32,000 bases of DNA, from NCBI RefSeq assembly GCF_000092105.1, contig NC_014148.1:510001-542000 (forward strand). Direction: 5' to 3'. The translations under genes were made by a program, and so were the position numbers. The notes under the pieces were generated by a model. The model was given only the letters and a program-made list of their open reading frames with translations, made no database searches and was not told the DNA's origin. Origin of the DNA: Planctopirus limnophila DSM 3776. Lineage in GTDB: Bacteria; Planctomycetota; Planctomycetia; Planctomycetales; Planctomycetaceae. Positions 17,253-26,618 of the stretch are shown here, piece by piece; the stretch's first letter is position 1; each line of letters begins with the position of its first letter.

Positions 17253-19085
17253 ATGCATCGAGTGAGTCATTGGTTAGAAGCACGCACCGGATTGATCACC
17301 TGGTTTCGAGAGCTGGCAAACGCTCCCGTAGCGGGTGGCCCGCGCTGGCGTTACGCCTGGGGTTCTGTGCTGGTTGTGCTCTTTATCACTCAACTCGTCA
17401 CTGGCCTCGCCATGGCGGGCACATATTCGCCAGGCCGCCTGTCTTCGTGGGAGAGCACATACTACATCCAGCATCAATTGCATTGGGGCTGGCTTGTCCG
17501 CGGAATTCACCATTATGCCGCCCAGGCCATGGTCGTCGCTCTGGCTTTACAGGTGCTGCAGATTGTCTGGGATCGCTGGTATCTGGCTCCGCGTGAATTG
17601 AGCTTCTGGGCCACGATTGCAGGCGGGCTCTGTATTTTGGGATTGTCGCATACTGGCTATCAGCTCCCTGGTGACCAGCGGGCTCATGCCGCCACCAGCA
17701 TTTTTCTGAACATCATGTCTTCAGCCCCCGTGGCCGGTCCTTATTTGCAGGAACTGGTGCAGGGGAGCAGTCGTTACGGAAATCTCACCTTATCGCGGCT
17801 CTATGTTCTGCATGTAGGCTTACTTCCACTCGCTTACCTGGGGGTATTGTGCCTGCAAACCCTTTTGTGGCGAGCCGAAGCCAGACGAAACCGGCAGGAC
17901 GATGTCCCGCTCAACGCGACTCGATTCTGGCCCGGGCAAGCACTTCGTAATGGAATCTTTTCGTTGCTGGCTGTCGTGGCTGTTGTCGGTTTGACTTTGA
18001 TACAACCGGCTGAACTGGGAGCCCCCATGAACCCTGCCGAGGCGTTTTCTGCTGCCCGGCCGGAATGGTACTTTCTCTTTCTGTTCCGCTTCCTGAAGTT
18101 CGAATTCGTTCAACAACTGGGCGGCCTGGTGTTCGGTGCCATTTACCTGCCCACACTCATTGGCCTGGTCATCCTGATCATGCCCTGGACGGGACGTTCC
18201 CGTTGGGGTCACAAGGCGAATGTCGCCTTCCTGCTGCTCCTTTTAGCAGGTGTGGGTTATCTCACTGTCACCACTTTGCGAGAAGATGCTCTCAATGTCG
18301 ATCATCAACTCGCGCTGCACCACAGCGAGCAACTCGCCCAACGAACAGTTGATCTTGCTTCGCAGACCGGTATTCCAGCCAGTGGTGCGGTCGCTTTGCT
18401 GGCTAACGATCCACTCACGCAAGGGCCACGGCTATTTCAGAAGAACTGTGCCGCTTGTCATCACCACGAAGCTGTCGCGGCAAGCCATGCAGCTCATCCT
18501 CCCCAATTTTCGGCGGCGGATTTGAGTCATTTCGGCTCACGCGAATGGATGAAAGCCATCCTGATCGATTACGCCACTGTTCTGGCTCCGCTCAAAAATC
18601 ACTCCGATGCCACCGTCGCAGCCCGGTTTCTCGAAGGCGATATGGCCAGCTGGTCCAGTGACAACCGCGATCTGTTGTTGGCTCCAGAAAATGCCACCAG
18701 CCTGGCGGCACTGCTCGAATTCATGGCGCAGCAGTCCGGCCGGAAAGATCGGGGGACCATTGATGAGAAACTGGCGCTGCAAGGTCGTGAAGTCTTTGCC
18801 ACGGGCAAGCTCGCCAGTGGAAGTCTGTCATCCGCCTGCATCGATTGCCATGCCATGCATGTTCGCGGGGAAGACAAGCCTCTTGCCGAAAACTCCGGGA
18901 CAGGAGCACCCACACTCACAGGCTATGGCGGAAGCCAATGGCTCACGCAATTCCTGAAAGCACCTGGTAGCGACGATTACTTTGGTGCGAAAAACGCCAT
19001 GCCCGCATTCGACAAGTTACCGCCACGAGAACTCGAAATGCTCGTGCAATGGATGACGGGCGATTACTGGCTACCGGCAAGATAA
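17253..19085 (+). CDS. Cytochrome b (b6 + subunit IV-like) fused to a C-terminal dihaem cytochrome c domain
   Basis: N-terminal multi-TM cytochrome b with His ligands (RGIHHYAAQ, LHVGLLP) and the Qo-site PEWYFLF motif. The C-terminal soluble part has two CxxCH haem-c sites (CAACH, CIDCH). The ORF opens at 17196. The Met at 17253 (MHRVSHWLEARTG) is the typical cytochrome b N-terminus. Confidence 0.9.
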   Translation: MHRVSHWLEARTGLITWFRELANAPVAGGPRWRYAWGSVLVVLFITQLVTGLAMAGTYSPGRLSSWESTYYIQHQLHWGWLVRGIHHYAAQAMVVALALQVLQIVWDRWYLAPRELSFWATIAGGLCILGLSHTGYQLPGDQRAHAATSIFLNIMSSAPVAGPYLQELVQGSSRYGNLTLSRLYVLHVGLLPLAYLGVLCLQTLLWRAEARRNRQDDVPLNATRFWPGQALRNGIFSLLAVVAVVGLTLIQPAELGAPMNPAEAFSAARPEWYFLFLFRFLKFEFVQQLGGLVFGAIYLPTLIGLVILIMPWTGRSRWGHKANVAFLLLLLAGVGYLTVTTLREDALNVDHQLALHHSEQLAQRTVDLASQTGIPASGAVALLANDPLTQGPRLFQKNCAACHHHEAVAASHAAHPPQFSAADLSHFGSREWMKAILIDYATVLAPLKNHSDATVAARFLEGDMASWSSDNRDLLLAPENATSLAALLEFMAQQSGRKDRGTIDEKLALQGREVFATGKLASGSLSSACIDCHAMHVRGEDKPLAENSGTGAPTLTGYGGSQWLTQFLKAPGSDDYFGAKNAMPAFDKLPPRELEMLVQWMTGDYWLPAR

Positions 19086-19102
19086 GCAGCTCTCGCGTTC
19101 AC

Positions 19103-20323
19103 CTAATGATGCGTGCTCAGCTTAAAGATCGGCAGCAGCATCCCCAGGGCAATTGTGCCAATTACCAGGCCCATTACAGCGACCATAATGGGCTCGATGA
19201 GGCTGGTGGCCGATTTAATCGAGACGGCCACCTCGCGATCATAATGATCACTCAACTTGCCCAGCACAGTTCCCAATTGCCCCGTCTGCTCTCCCGCAGC
19301 AATCATCTGCACGACCGATTTGGGAAAGACAGGGTTCGTCGCCATGATCTGCGCGATCGACTGACCAGAGGTCACATGCAAGGCCACATCTTCCATCGCA
19401 TCCTGAAAGATGCGGTTTCCAGCCACTTTGGCAGCAAGTTCGAGTGCAGGCAGTACAGGCACACCGGCCGAGACTGTTGCCGAAAGTGTTCTTGCAATCC
19501 GAGCGAGAATGGTTTTACGAACCAGTGGCCCCAGAATAGGCAATTGCAGCATCAGGCGGTCGCGAAGACGTTGACCCCATTCCTTTGAGAGCAAATAAGC
19601 ATTCGCCGCCACCAGGGCCACGACACCAAGGATCCACGCCCACCAGTAACCTGTCAGCGAATTCGAAACTGTCAGCAGAATGCGTGTCGCTGCTGGCAAT
19701 TCAATCCCCCGGCCAGCGAACATCGGAGCAATTTTTGGGAAGACATACGTCAGCAGAAAAATACAGGCTCCGACACACATCAGCAGCATGGCGGCAGGGT
19801 ACATCATCGCCCCCTGTACTCTTTGCCTCGTTTCGGATTCTTGCTGAAGCTGTTCCGCCAGCCGACTGAGAATTGGCCCCAGATGACCTGTCGCTTCACC
19901 GGCTTTGACAAGATTGACGTACCGTGCATCAAAGCTTCGCGGGAACTCACTTAAAGCCGTCGAAAAGTCGTCTCCTGATTTCACACGTTCTTCGATGGTC
20001 GTCAGCATCTGTTTTAGTGCGGGCGAAACCGCTTGTGAGGCCAGTCCTTCCAGAGCCACAGAAAGTGCCACGCCGGCATCGACGACAACGGCCAGTTGGC
20101 TCGTCATCGAAACAATATCTGCCTGCCTGGGTTTACGTGTCAACCAGGGCTTCAATTGAAGAGAGACTGCCGATTCCACCAGTTGGACAGGATACAATCC
20201 ATCCGTTTTGAGCTGACGAACTGCCATCGCCAGCGTTTCAGCTTCCACGCTGCCCGAATGGGTCGTGCCCTGAATATCACGTGCTGTGTAGGTAAACGTG
20301 CTCATTACGGGCACCAGGTCCAT
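19103..20323 (-). CDS. GspF/PilC-family platform protein, second paralog
   Basis: 406 aa with two GspF repeats, ending ALGMLLPIFKL. Directly downstream of the third GspE gene. Confidence 0.92.
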   Translation of the reverse strand: MDLVPVMSTFTYTARDIQGTTHSGSVEAETLAMAVRQLKTDGLYPVQLVESAVSLQLKPWLTRKPRQADIVSMTSQLAVVVDAGVALSVALEGLASQAVSPALKQMLTTIEERVKSGDDFSTALSEFPRSFDARYVNLVKAGEATGHLGPILSRLAEQLQQESETRQRVQGAMMYPAAMLLMCVGACIFLLTYVFPKIAPMFAGRGIELPAATRILLTVSNSLTGYWWAWILGVVALVAANAYLLSKEWGQRLRDRLMLQLPILGPLVRKTILARIARTLSATVSAGVPVLPALELAAKVAGNRIFQDAMEDVALHVTSGQSIAQIMATNPVFPKSVVQMIAAGEQTGQLGTVLGKLSDHYDREVAVSIKSATSLIEPIMVAVMGLVIGTIALGMLLPIFKLSTHH

Positions 20324-20460
20324 TGCAGGCCATCAGAGGAAATCAGTCTCAAACACATCTCATCACCAACGCAGATTTCAGATGAACTTGGCCGATAATC
20401 TCACTTTGCAGTCTCGCTTTGACCAGTCATTAACTTCTTCCCGACATTAACTTCCTGCCA

Positions 20461-22194
20461 TTAGCTTCTCAGCGGTAACCAGCCTTCATCACTCGCCTGA
20501 AAGACTTCTTCAATCGTCGTTAAACCTTCGCGAACTTTGCGGAATCCATCAAAACGAAGTGGCATCATGCCCTGCTTCTGGGCGTAGCTTTTCAGCTCTC
20601 CCAGTGCTGGCGATTGAGCAATCAGATCCCGCATGCCGTCGTCGACCACCAGCAGCTCATGAATCGCGACTCGTCCCGAAAATCCCGTGTTCCGACACTT
20701 CTTGCACCCCACTCCCCGGAAGAATTCCTTAGCTTCCATCCCCATTTTTCCCATGGCCAGTTGCATGGCTTTGGGTGGTTCATATGACTGCTTGCACTTC
20801 GGACAGATGCGCCGGCACAGTCGCTGTGACAGCACCATGTTCAGGCTGGCAGCCAGCAGGTAGCTTTCGATACCCATGTTGATCAGACGTGTTACCGCGG
20901 AGCAGGCATCGTTCGTATGCAGCGTGCTGAATACCAGATGACCCGTCAAAGCTGCCTGAATCCCGATGCGGGCCGTCTCATTATCGCGGATTTCACCCAC
21001 CATGATGATATCCGGATCCTGCCTGAGCAGGCTCCTGAGCACTGCCGCGAACGACAGCCCGATTTTTTCATTCACTTGAAACTGATTGACCATCGGCAAC
21101 TGAAATTCCACCGGGTCTTCCACAGTGCAGACGTTCTTTTCCATCGAAGTCACGGCATTGATGGCCGAGTAGAGCGTCGTACTTTTGCCACTTCCCGTCG
21201 GCCCCGTCACCAGGGCAATTCCATTGGGATGATGAATCTGGGCAATAAATTTCTCCAGAATCTCGGCACTGAATCCCAATTGAGAAAGTGTCAGGTTGAT
21301 CTTCTGACTGTCGAGAATTCGAATGACCACCTTCTCGCCATGCGGCAATGGCAAGGTGCTCACCCGCAGGTCGATCGGTCTCCCTTCCATCAAAACATGA
21401 ATGCGTCCATCCTGAGGCAGGCGACGCTCACTGATGTCGAGGGTCGCCATAATCTTGATGCGCGAAGCAATCGCTGGAGCAATATGTAAAGGCAATTCGA
21501 GTGCCTGATGCAACGCTCCATCCACGCGATAACGGACACGAATCTGGCGTTCAGTCGGTTCGATATGCACATCGCTGGCACCATCCCGCACCGCGCTGAA
21601 GATCACATAATTCACCAGCTTGATAATCGGGCTCTGACCGGCAAGATCAACATCAAACGAAATATCGTCGATCGATTCCTCGATTAATTCGACAGCTTCG
21701 GTGTTCACGTCATCGATAATGTCATCGATCACAAACACTTTGGAGTTCGGCAGGTACATCTGGAATGTCCGCCGTATATCTCGACTGCTCGCTACTGCCA
21801 GTTGAATGTCGCAGCCCGAGATCTGCCGCAATTGATCGATGATAAAAATGTTCGAGGGTTCTGCCGTCGCGACAGTTAATGTCTGGCGAACTTTGAACAA
21901 CGGCAGAATGCAGTTCTTTTCGAGAAACTCCCGAGGCAGCAACTCGACAGCGCGTGGATCAAACAGTCGGCTGTCGAGACGGATGTAAGGAATGCCGCAA
22001 TCATCAGCGACGCATTCGAGTACCTGGTCTTCAGAGCAATAGCCTTGAGCGACGACAATCTCGCCCAGCAGTTGCATCCCCCCACTGCTGTGCTGCTGGG
22101 CTAAAGCTTCATCCAGATGCTCTGCACTGAGATATCCCTTCTGGACAAGCAGATCGCCAAGTCGCGGTTTATTGAGTTGAAGTAAACCAGCCAT
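20461..22194 (-). CDS. GspE/PilB-family ATPase, third paralog, with canonical MshEN c-di-GMP-binding motif
   Basis: 577 aa. [35 protein letters not shown]...CKKC. The N-terminus [24 protein letters not shown] fits RLGxxLVxxGxLxxxxLxxxLxxQ exactly. It is followed by a second copy, [24 protein letters not shown]. Confidence 0.93.
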   Translation of the reverse strand: MAGLLQLNKPRLGDLLVQKGYLSAEHLDEALAQQHSSGGMQLLGEIVVAQGYCSEDQVLECVADDCGIPYIRLDSRLFDPRAVELLPREFLEKNCILPLFKVRQTLTVATAEPSNIFIIDQLRQISGCDIQLAVASSRDIRRTFQMYLPNSKVFVIDDIIDDVNTEAVELIEESIDDISFDVDLAGQSPIIKLVNYVIFSAVRDGASDVHIEPTERQIRVRYRVDGALHQALELPLHIAPAIASRIKIMATLDISERRLPQDGRIHVLMEGRPIDLRVSTLPLPHGEKVVIRILDSQKINLTLSQLGFSAEILEKFIAQIHHPNGIALVTGPTGSGKSTTLYSAINAVTSMEKNVCTVEDPVEFQLPMVNQFQVNEKIGLSFAAVLRSLLRQDPDIIMVGEIRDNETARIGIQAALTGHLVFSTLHTNDACSAVTRLINMGIESYLLAASLNMVLSQRLCRRICPKCKQSYEPPKAMQLAMGKMGMEAKEFFRGVGCKKCRNTGFSGRVAIHELLVVDDGMRDLIAQSPALGELKSYAQKQGMMPLRFDGFRKVREGLTTIEEVFQASDEGWLPLRS

Positions 22195-22245
22195 TTCAGT
22201 TGCCGAGCTTTCGAATGAGAGGCCACTTAAGACGTGGAGTCGATT

Positions 22246-22593
22246 TCACGACTGGAAACTTCCGACAGCATCGATCATCGATTCATACAGGTCGAATTCT
22301 TCATCGAGCCTGGTGACATGAAAGATCTTGCGGCCCGTCTCTGTCAGTGCGCAGATTTTGACGTTTCCGCCCTGTTCGCGAAGTCTTTCATGCAGGTCAA
22401 CCAGAGCTGTCAGACCAGCACTGTCCAAGGTTTCGCTGCGATCCATCTGCAACACGACGCTTTTCAGCCCTGCCTGCAGATGCGTCTCGATGGCTTCATG
22501 AAATAATCGTGTCGTTTCTTCGGTCAACTCCTCCGGAGTATGAGCGACCAGCACGTTTCCAAAGGTTTCTGTCGAGACCTGCATATCATTCAC
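22246..22593 (-). CDS. STAS-domain protein (anti-sigma-factor antagonist family, SpoIIAA/RsbV-like)
   Basis: 115 aa. VVLQMDRSETLDSAGLTALVDLHERLREQGGNVKICAL aligns with the SpoIIAA/RsbV core and retains the Ser of the DSxGL motif. Confidence 0.85.
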   Translation of the reverse strand: MNDMQVSTETFGNVLVAHTPEELTEETTRLFHEAIETHLQAGLKSVVLQMDRSETLDSAGLTALVDLHERLREQGGNVKICALTETGRKIFHVTRLDEEFDLYESMIDAVGSFQS

Positions 22594-22643
22594 CGTTCAC
22601 AGGAAGATTCAGCTCTGCATCGAATGGGATCAAGTCAGGCAGG

Positions 22644-23066
22644 TTATGGCCGGAAGTGATTCGTCAGATCCGTAATCTCGACCGAATCGTGTCCACCAGG
22701 ATTCAATAATCGGATCGCTGTCTGCACAACTTCTTTCGGGCTGAAGGGTTTGACGACCAGTGCCGAAACTCCCAGCCGCTCCTGAAGTTCCGCTTCGTCC
22801 ATTTCGTAACCTTTAGCGGTCAGCAGAATGGCTGGCAGATGCCGTGTTGCCTCGCAACTACGGATCTTTTCAATGAGTTGCAGGCCACTCATATGCGGCA
22901 TATTGCAATCAGTGATCACCACATCGGGCTGTTCTTCCAGAATTTTTGACCAGGCAATCCCGCCATGTTCTGCCATCTGCACATCAAACCCCGATTTGCG
23001 GAACTTGAGTGACAAAGGCAACAGCACATGCGGTTCGTCATCACATAACAGGACACGGTAATTCAT
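22644..23066 (-). CDS. Stand-alone response-regulator receiver (CheY-like)
   Basis: 140 aa. Acidic pocket LLCDDE, phosphoacceptor context DVVITDCNMPHMSG, ILLTAKG and K in VVKPF. No output domain. Confidence 0.92.
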   Translation of the reverse strand: MNYRVLLCDDEPHVLLPLSLKFRKSGFDVQMAEHGGIAWSKILEEQPDVVITDCNMPHMSGLQLIEKIRSCEATRHLPAILLTAKGYEMDEAELQERLGVSALVVKPFSPKEVVQTAIRLLNPGGHDSVEITDLTNHFRP

Positions 23067-23133
23067 GATCTTCCCAATTCGCAGTTGTCAGTATCGCAGT
23101 TGAGATGACAGTGCTTCTGATGGCAGCGCTTCT

Positions 23134-24882
23134 TCAGTTATCGAGCAGGACGTGGTCGTTAACACGATGTGTTTTTCGAATGCGATGACCAGCCGGTATG
23201 CTGATCGTAAAGCAGCTTCCTTCACCTTGTTTGGAAGAGACGCTGATGGATCCGTCGTGGATGCTGGAAATGATGTATTTCACAAGTGCCAGGCCTAAAC
23301 CCGTTCCTGCAGCAGCTTTCATATTCTCCGGGACTCGATAAAACCGCTCAAAGAGTCGAGGCAGGCTGGCCGCCGGAATCCCCATGCCGGTATCCCGGAC
23401 TTCAATCAGGACACGATCTTCTTCCAAACGGCTTTTGAGGGAAATCTTCCCGCCGGCTGGGGTGTACTTCACGGCGTTCGATAACAGATTCACGACGGCC
23501 TGGCTGAAGAGGTCTTCATCGACATGGGCGGGGATATAAAGATCACTCAGTAGCGATTCGACGGTCTGCGATTTCGCTGCAGCCTGAGGAGTCACCACAT
23601 CGAGCGCACTCTTGAGCAAGCGGTTGATTTCGACATCTTTTCTCTGAACTCGAATCACACCACTTTCAATCCGTGCCAGATTCAGCATATTGTCGACCAG
23701 CCGGCTCAGGCGATCAACCTGTTCATCGATGAACACCAGAATCTTCTGCTGTTCTTCAGCTTCATCAATCTCGCCATCGCGCAGTAGCTCTGCATAAGCT
23801 TTAATGCTCGACATGGGTGTCTTGAACTCGTGGCAGACCGAAGAGACAAACTCCGCATGCCGGCTGCGATCCTGCACCTCTCGCCCGATATCCTGCAGAA
23901 CCAGCGCGGCCCCCAGCAGGGTGTTTTCGTTCTCTTTGAGAGTATGTGCATGAATTCGATACGTCGTGGTCAGACAGGGAATATCGGCTGTTCTGCGATC
24001 ACTCGCCACTCGCCGCGTCAAAGTCTCCTGCAGCAGCGGCTTCATCCCTTCGAGAATGTCAATCAGCCCCGTCTGTTCTTGAATTTCCCGTGCAAGTTTC
24101 TGGCTGATCTGTTTGTAAAGACTTCTCGCAGATTCATTCTGGTACAGCGCATGCCCATTGACATCGGTCACGACCACTGGTTGTTCCATGTCATCCAAAG
24201 CCATTTCCAGACGGCGGACGTGACGTTTCTGCACTTTGAATCGCGCTTCGACAGTCGCTCGGGCATGCACTGCTTCTGCCGTTCGTTTTTCGGCCTGCTG
24301 TAAGAGATGGTTGGCTTCCGAGATAATGTTTCGAAACAGCACCAGATCTGCTGTCAATTGTGTGCGATTCTCAGGTTGACCAAGCCTCCTGGCGGCATCG
24401 GCTTCGTAGCGGGCGGCAATCATAGCGCTGATCAGCACACCACCCAGACAGAACAAAAAGACGATCAAAGAACTGATGGGCGTGCCAAACAGCAGAATAC
24501 AGAGCAGAACTGCGGTCTGGCCAAAGACAGCCACCGGGATAATCAGCGGCAAAAGAACCGAATAATGGGCCTGAAAAATCCGCCGTTGTGGCGGCTTGCC
24601 GGGCGATGGGCTCGAAGAAGATTGTGGTTCCAGATCGTGCGCCCGAGTTGTTGAACCCTGAGAAGTTGAAGTGCGAGCAGCTTTGTCAGACTTCGATCCT
24701 TCTCTCGTCGAGTGAGGGTCGATTCCCGAAAGCTGTTGACAGAGCTTCGCATTTCGATCTGTCCCCTCTTCCGAGGGAATATCGAACTCGGCCGAGAGGG
24801 CATTGAGCCTGGCATCGAGTGCAGGCAGGTCGCCCCTCATGAGTTGCAGTAGTCGAGTTGAGGATTGTGAACTATTGGACAC
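23134..24882 (-). CDS. Sensor histidine kinase (membrane, PAS-HisKA-HATPase_c)
   Basis: 582 aa. About 105 aa of low-complexity N-terminus, then closely spaced TM helices (ILLPLIIPVAVFG...LFCLGGVLISAMIAA), a coiled coil and a PAS-like segment. H-box VCHEFKTPMSS, N-box LLSNAVKYT, G-boxes DTGMGIP and GTGLGLALV. Confidence 0.92.
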   Translation of the reverse strand: MSNSSQSSTRLLQLMRGDLPALDARLNALSAEFDIPSEEGTDRNAKLCQQLSGIDPHSTREGSKSDKAARTSTSQGSTTRAHDLEPQSSSSPSPGKPPQRRIFQAHYSVLLPLIIPVAVFGQTAVLLCILLFGTPISSLIVFLFCLGGVLISAMIAARYEADAARRLGQPENRTQLTADLVLFRNIISEANHLLQQAEKRTAEAVHARATVEARFKVQKRHVRRLEMALDDMEQPVVVTDVNGHALYQNESARSLYKQISQKLAREIQEQTGLIDILEGMKPLLQETLTRRVASDRRTADIPCLTTTYRIHAHTLKENENTLLGAALVLQDIGREVQDRSRHAEFVSSVCHEFKTPMSSIKAYAELLRDGEIDEAEEQQKILVFIDEQVDRLSRLVDNMLNLARIESGVIRVQRKDVEINRLLKSALDVVTPQAAAKSQTVESLLSDLYIPAHVDEDLFSQAVVNLLSNAVKYTPAGGKISLKSRLEEDRVLIEVRDTGMGIPAASLPRLFERFYRVPENMKAAAGTGLGLALVKYIISSIHDGSISVSSKQGEGSCFTISIPAGHRIRKTHRVNDHVLLDN

Positions 24883-25261
24883 AGTGCTGCCTTATCGCAT
24901 TCTGAGCCGCAGGATGCCGTGCCAGAACTGGTGAGTCGCTTGTGGCAAAACGGCAACAGGCTGGGCCTGCGTGGCAACCGTAGGTCAGGATTTCCACTCA
25001 GTCCAACAAGAACTCGGGACAGCGGGAGAACTATCTCCAACTCCCGGCATCACTGATGGCTCGTGACGAAAATCTCGCCAGAGACAGACCTCGCGAGTCC
25101 GCGACCCGACGAGATCAGTTCAAGATCTTCGCAGGCTCAATTTCCTGGGGATCACTGCGAGTGGCTTCCACAAGTGCATCCTGTAATCGATTCCTCAATG
25201 AAAATCGATACTGACGGAATCAACGCGCCATCCGGAGCAATCGATAGTTCTGAAAGCAATC

Positions 25262-26506
25262 CTACGATTCGCTCGAAGCAGGATCCTGCTGATCATCGTC
25301 CGCATCAACTTGCAAAACCTGGCTGAGAATCTGCCCATCGGCCACCAGAGTTGCCAATCGATCACCCACTTGCACTTGCTTGACGGATTGAATCAGGTCA
25401 CCACCGGGTACTCGTTTGCTGATCGAAAAGCCACGTTCCAGCACTGCCAGTGGACTCAATGCCTGGAGTGCCCGGCCCGCACTCTCCAGTTCTGCATTCA
25501 GGCTGGCCAGTTTTCTTTTCCAGCTTTGCTTAAGGCGAGTTTCGAGATCATCCAACTCCCGCGAGAAACGATGGATCTGTTCCAGTGGCTTCGCCAACGC
25601 TCTTCGCTTCTTCAGTTGCTCAAGTTCTTTGCGACGACTGTTCGTCAACGCGACTAGCGAGGAACAGAGCCGATCACGGAGCTGATCGAGATGCTGAACC
25701 CACTCCGCCTTAACCGGAATGACACGCTCGGCAGCTTCACTGGGAGTCAATGCTCTTTGGTCGGCGACCAGATCGGCAATCGTCACATCGGTTTCATGCC
25801 CCACCGCACTGATCACGGGAATCCGGCATTGGGCAATGGCCCTGGCCACAAGCTCTTCATTAAAGGCCCAGAGGTCTTCCAGGCTTCCCCCACCGCGACC
25901 GCAGATCACGACATCCACATCTGGCAGTCGATGGACCATTCCTAAAGCCGCTGCAATTTTTGGGGCTGCCTCTGGCCCCTGCACAGGCACGGGAACTACA
26001 ACCACATTCACGCCGGGCCAGCGTCTGAGAAGGATCTGCAGAATGTCATGCACCGCCGCACCGGCAGGACTGGTGATCACGGCAATCCGTTTGGGAAAGC
26101 GAGGCAGTGGTCGCTTCCTTGCCACATCAAACAAACCCTCCGCCGCGAGCTTGGCATGCAATTGACGAAATGCCAGTTCAAGGGGCCCAATCCCCTGAGG
26201 CGTCAGCCGCTCCACCATCAACTGGTATTGCCCACGTGGTGCATAGACTTCGACACCTCCAATCGCTTCGACGGCTAAACCATCGCGGAGGTCGAACTTC
26301 AACTTGATGGCCGATGATCGCCACATCACCGCCTTGATCTGCGAGGCTTCATCCTTGAGTGTGAAGTAAACATGCCCGGAACTGGCTCGGGTTAACCCTG
26401 AGATCTCTCCAGTGACGATTACTCGCGGAAATGCCATTTCCACGATTTCCCGGAGACAATCCGAGAGCTGCGAAACTGTCAATTTGGGCAAGTCGTTTCC
26501 CGGCAA
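25262..26506 (-). CDS. xseA: Exodeoxyribonuclease VII large subunit
   Basis: 414 aa. N-terminal OB fold (VIVTGEISGLTRASSGHVYFTLKD), catalytic region IAVITSPAGAAVHDIL...CGRGGGSLEDLWAFN...VISAVGHETDVTIADLVAD, and a C-terminal coiled coil. Confidence 0.93.
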   Translation of the reverse strand: MPGNDLPKLTVSQLSDCLREIVEMAFPRVIVTGEISGLTRASSGHVYFTLKDEASQIKAVMWRSSAIKLKFDLRDGLAVEAIGGVEVYAPRGQYQLMVERLTPQGIGPLELAFRQLHAKLAAEGLFDVARKRPLPRFPKRIAVITSPAGAAVHDILQILLRRWPGVNVVVVPVPVQGPEAAPKIAAALGMVHRLPDVDVVICGRGGGSLEDLWAFNEELVARAIAQCRIPVISAVGHETDVTIADLVADQRALTPSEAAERVIPVKAEWVQHLDQLRDRLCSSLVALTNSRRKELEQLKKRRALAKPLEQIHRFSRELDDLETRLKQSWKRKLASLNAELESAGRALQALSPLAVLERGFSISKRVPGGDLIQSVKQVQVGDRLATLVADGQILSQVLQVDADDDQQDPASSES

Positions 26507-26618
26507 ACCAGATTCTCCGAATGCATTTCATAGAAAGCGAGTAGACCACCGAAGCGGTATTCGGTGGTCTACAATTCAACGATCATTGTTAAAAGAGCTT
26601 ATCGGGAACAGCACCTGG

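Noticed and set aside
24883-25261. Looked for an xseB (exonuclease VII small subunit) gene downstream of xseA
   Set aside because: All minus-strand frames terminate within about 35 codons and none resembles the XseB helical hairpin sequence. xseB is commonly encoded elsewhere, so its absence is not anomalous.
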